DNA of 5,814 nucleotides from a virus (taxonomy: Duplodnaviria > Heunggongvirae > Uroviricota > Caudoviricetes). The translations under genes and the position numbers were made by a program. Each line of letters starts with the position of its first letter. Position 1 is the stretch's first letter. The DNA is taken from IMG/VR virus record IMGVR_UViG_3300011888_000053; one strand, 5' to 3'. Positions 4,567 to 5,814 of the stretch are shown here, piece by piece. The notes beneath the pieces are model-generated. The model had not been told where the DNA came from. It saw nothing but the letters and a program-made list of their open reading frames with translations, and did not search any database.

Positions 4567-5814
4567 CTATATTGCTGAAGGTACAGGCGTTTCCATAACT
4601 ATTTGCTCGCGTTTTTTACTCAAGAAGAAAATGCCAAATAGCAACATCAGGCAGACAATACCCGAAATTGCGAAGAAAACTGTTTGGTAGCCTGCGTGGT
4701 CAAAGAGTATCCCAGTCGGCGTTGAAAGCAGCACAATCCCAAGCGAACTGGCAATTTGAAAACCAATCAGAAAGATCGTCGACGACAGGCGCTTATCAAA
4801 GTTTGCCACGCTGTATTTGAAGACGGATATGACACAAAGTGGAACCTCAATGGCATGTAACAACTTCACTAATGAAATAATCCAGGGGTTAACGAACAGC
4901 GCGCAGGAAAGGATACGCAACGCCATAATCACAACTCCGATAAGTAATGCATTTTTTGGCCCTACCCGATTCACAAAGAAAGGAATAATCGCCATGCACA
5001 GCGCTTCGAGTACCACCTGGAATGAGTTGAGATAACCATACAGGCGCGTTCCTACATCGTGTGATTCGAATAAACCTGAATAAAAGACAGGAAAAAGTTG
5101 TTGATCAAAAATGTTATAGAAAGACCACGTCCCCACAATAAATATGACGAAAACCCAGAAGTTTCGATCCTTGAAAACTGCGATAAAATCCTCTTTTTTT
5201 ACCCCTCCCGCATCTGCCGCTACGCACTGGTGATCCTTATCTTTAAAACGCATGTTGATCATCATAAATACAGCGCCAAATAGCGAGACCAACCAGAAGT
5301 TGATATGGGGACTGATACTAAAAAATATGCCGGCAAAGAACGCGCCAATAGCATAGCCAAAAGATCCCCAGGCGCGCGCTGTTCCATATTCGAAATGAAA
5401 ATTTCGCGCCATTTTTTCGGTGAAGCTATCAAGCAAACCGCATCCCGCCAGATACCCCAAGCCAAAAAATAGCGCCCCCAGAATTAGACCTACAGAAAAA
5501 TTGCTTTGCAGTAACGGTTCATAAACGTAAATCATAAACGGTCCGGTCAAGACCAGGATGAAACTCATACACCAGATGAGCGGTTTCTTCAGACCGAGTT
5601 TATCCTGAACGATGCCGTAGAACATCATAAATAGAATGCTGGTAAACTGGTTGACCGAATAAAGTGTACCTAATTCCGTCCCTGTCAACCCTAGATGTCC
5701 TTTCAGCCAAATAGCGTATAACGACCACCACAGCGACCAGGAAATAAAAAAGAGAAATGAGTAACTGGATGCAAAACGATAGTACGCATTTCTGAATGGA
5801 ATATTCAGTGCCAT
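4567..5814 (-). CDS. cscB: Sucrose:H+ symporter CscB (LacY-family oligosaccharide permease, MFS), 415 aa, complete
   Basis: 415-aa polytopic membrane protein starting MALNIPFRNAYYRFASSYSFLFFISW... that matches my memory of E. coli CscB and the LacY/RafB/CscB family. Start ATG at 5812..5814 (window end), stop TAG at 4567..4569. Confidence 0.88.
   Translation of the reverse strand: MALNIPFRNAYYRFASSYSFLFFISWSLWWSLYAIWLKGHLGLTGTELGTLYSVNQFTSILFMMFYGIVQDKLGLKKPLIWCMSFILVLTGPFMIYVYEPLLQSNFSVGLILGALFFGLGYLAGCGLLDSFTEKMARNFHFEYGTARAWGSFGYAIGAFFAGIFFSISPHINFWLVSLFGAVFMMINMRFKDKDHQCVAADAGGVKKEDFIAVFKDRNFWVFVIFIVGTWSFYNIFDQQLFPVFYSGLFESHDVGTRLYGYLNSFQVVLEALCMAIIPFFVNRVGPKNALLIGVVIMALRILSCALFVNPWIISLVKLLHAIEVPLCVISVFKYSVANFDKRLSSTIFLIGFQIASSLGIVLLSTPTGILFDHAGYQTVFFAISGIVCLMLLFGIFFLSKKREQIVMETPVPSAI

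Noticed and set aside
4817-5465. Short ORFs inside cscB (4817..5035 +, 5098..5283 +, 5262..5465 -)
   Set aside because: All lie within or antisense to the 415-aa permease gene, which is full-length and clearly recognisable; alternative-frame artefacts.
1-5814. CRISPR arrays, IS elements, integrase gene, rRNA/tRNA genes
   Set aside because: No regularly spaced repeats, no transposase-like or tyrosine-recombinase-like ORFs and no complete tRNA or rRNA structure were seen in the window; the integrase is presumably at the distant attL end.

Overview
This window is the right-hand end of a degraded lambdoid/KplE1 (CPS-53)-type prophage integrated at a tRNA-Arg gene, followed by its attR-like tRNA 3' fragment and the sucrose permease gene cscB on the minus strand (4567..5814). 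The prophage part (about 1..4125) carries a TraR/DksA-type zinc-finger gene, an interrupted Ea22-like coiled-coil gene (10-N assembly gap plus an in-frame stop), a 5'-truncated S24 (cI/UmuD-like) repressor fragment, several small unknown genes and a TorI-like excisionase gene (3837..4037). Two AT-rich cargo genes sit in this backbone: a signal-peptide-bearing Cys-rich protein (1386..2000) and a DUF2513-like protein (2661..3089) that follows a putative ribbon-helix-helix/zinc-ribbon protein (2294..2632). The latter pair is the best candidate for an uncharacterised accessory (defence or toxin-antitoxin-like) module, but this is inference only. All identifications are from reading the translations and from memory of protein families; no searches were run, and composition was judged by eye.
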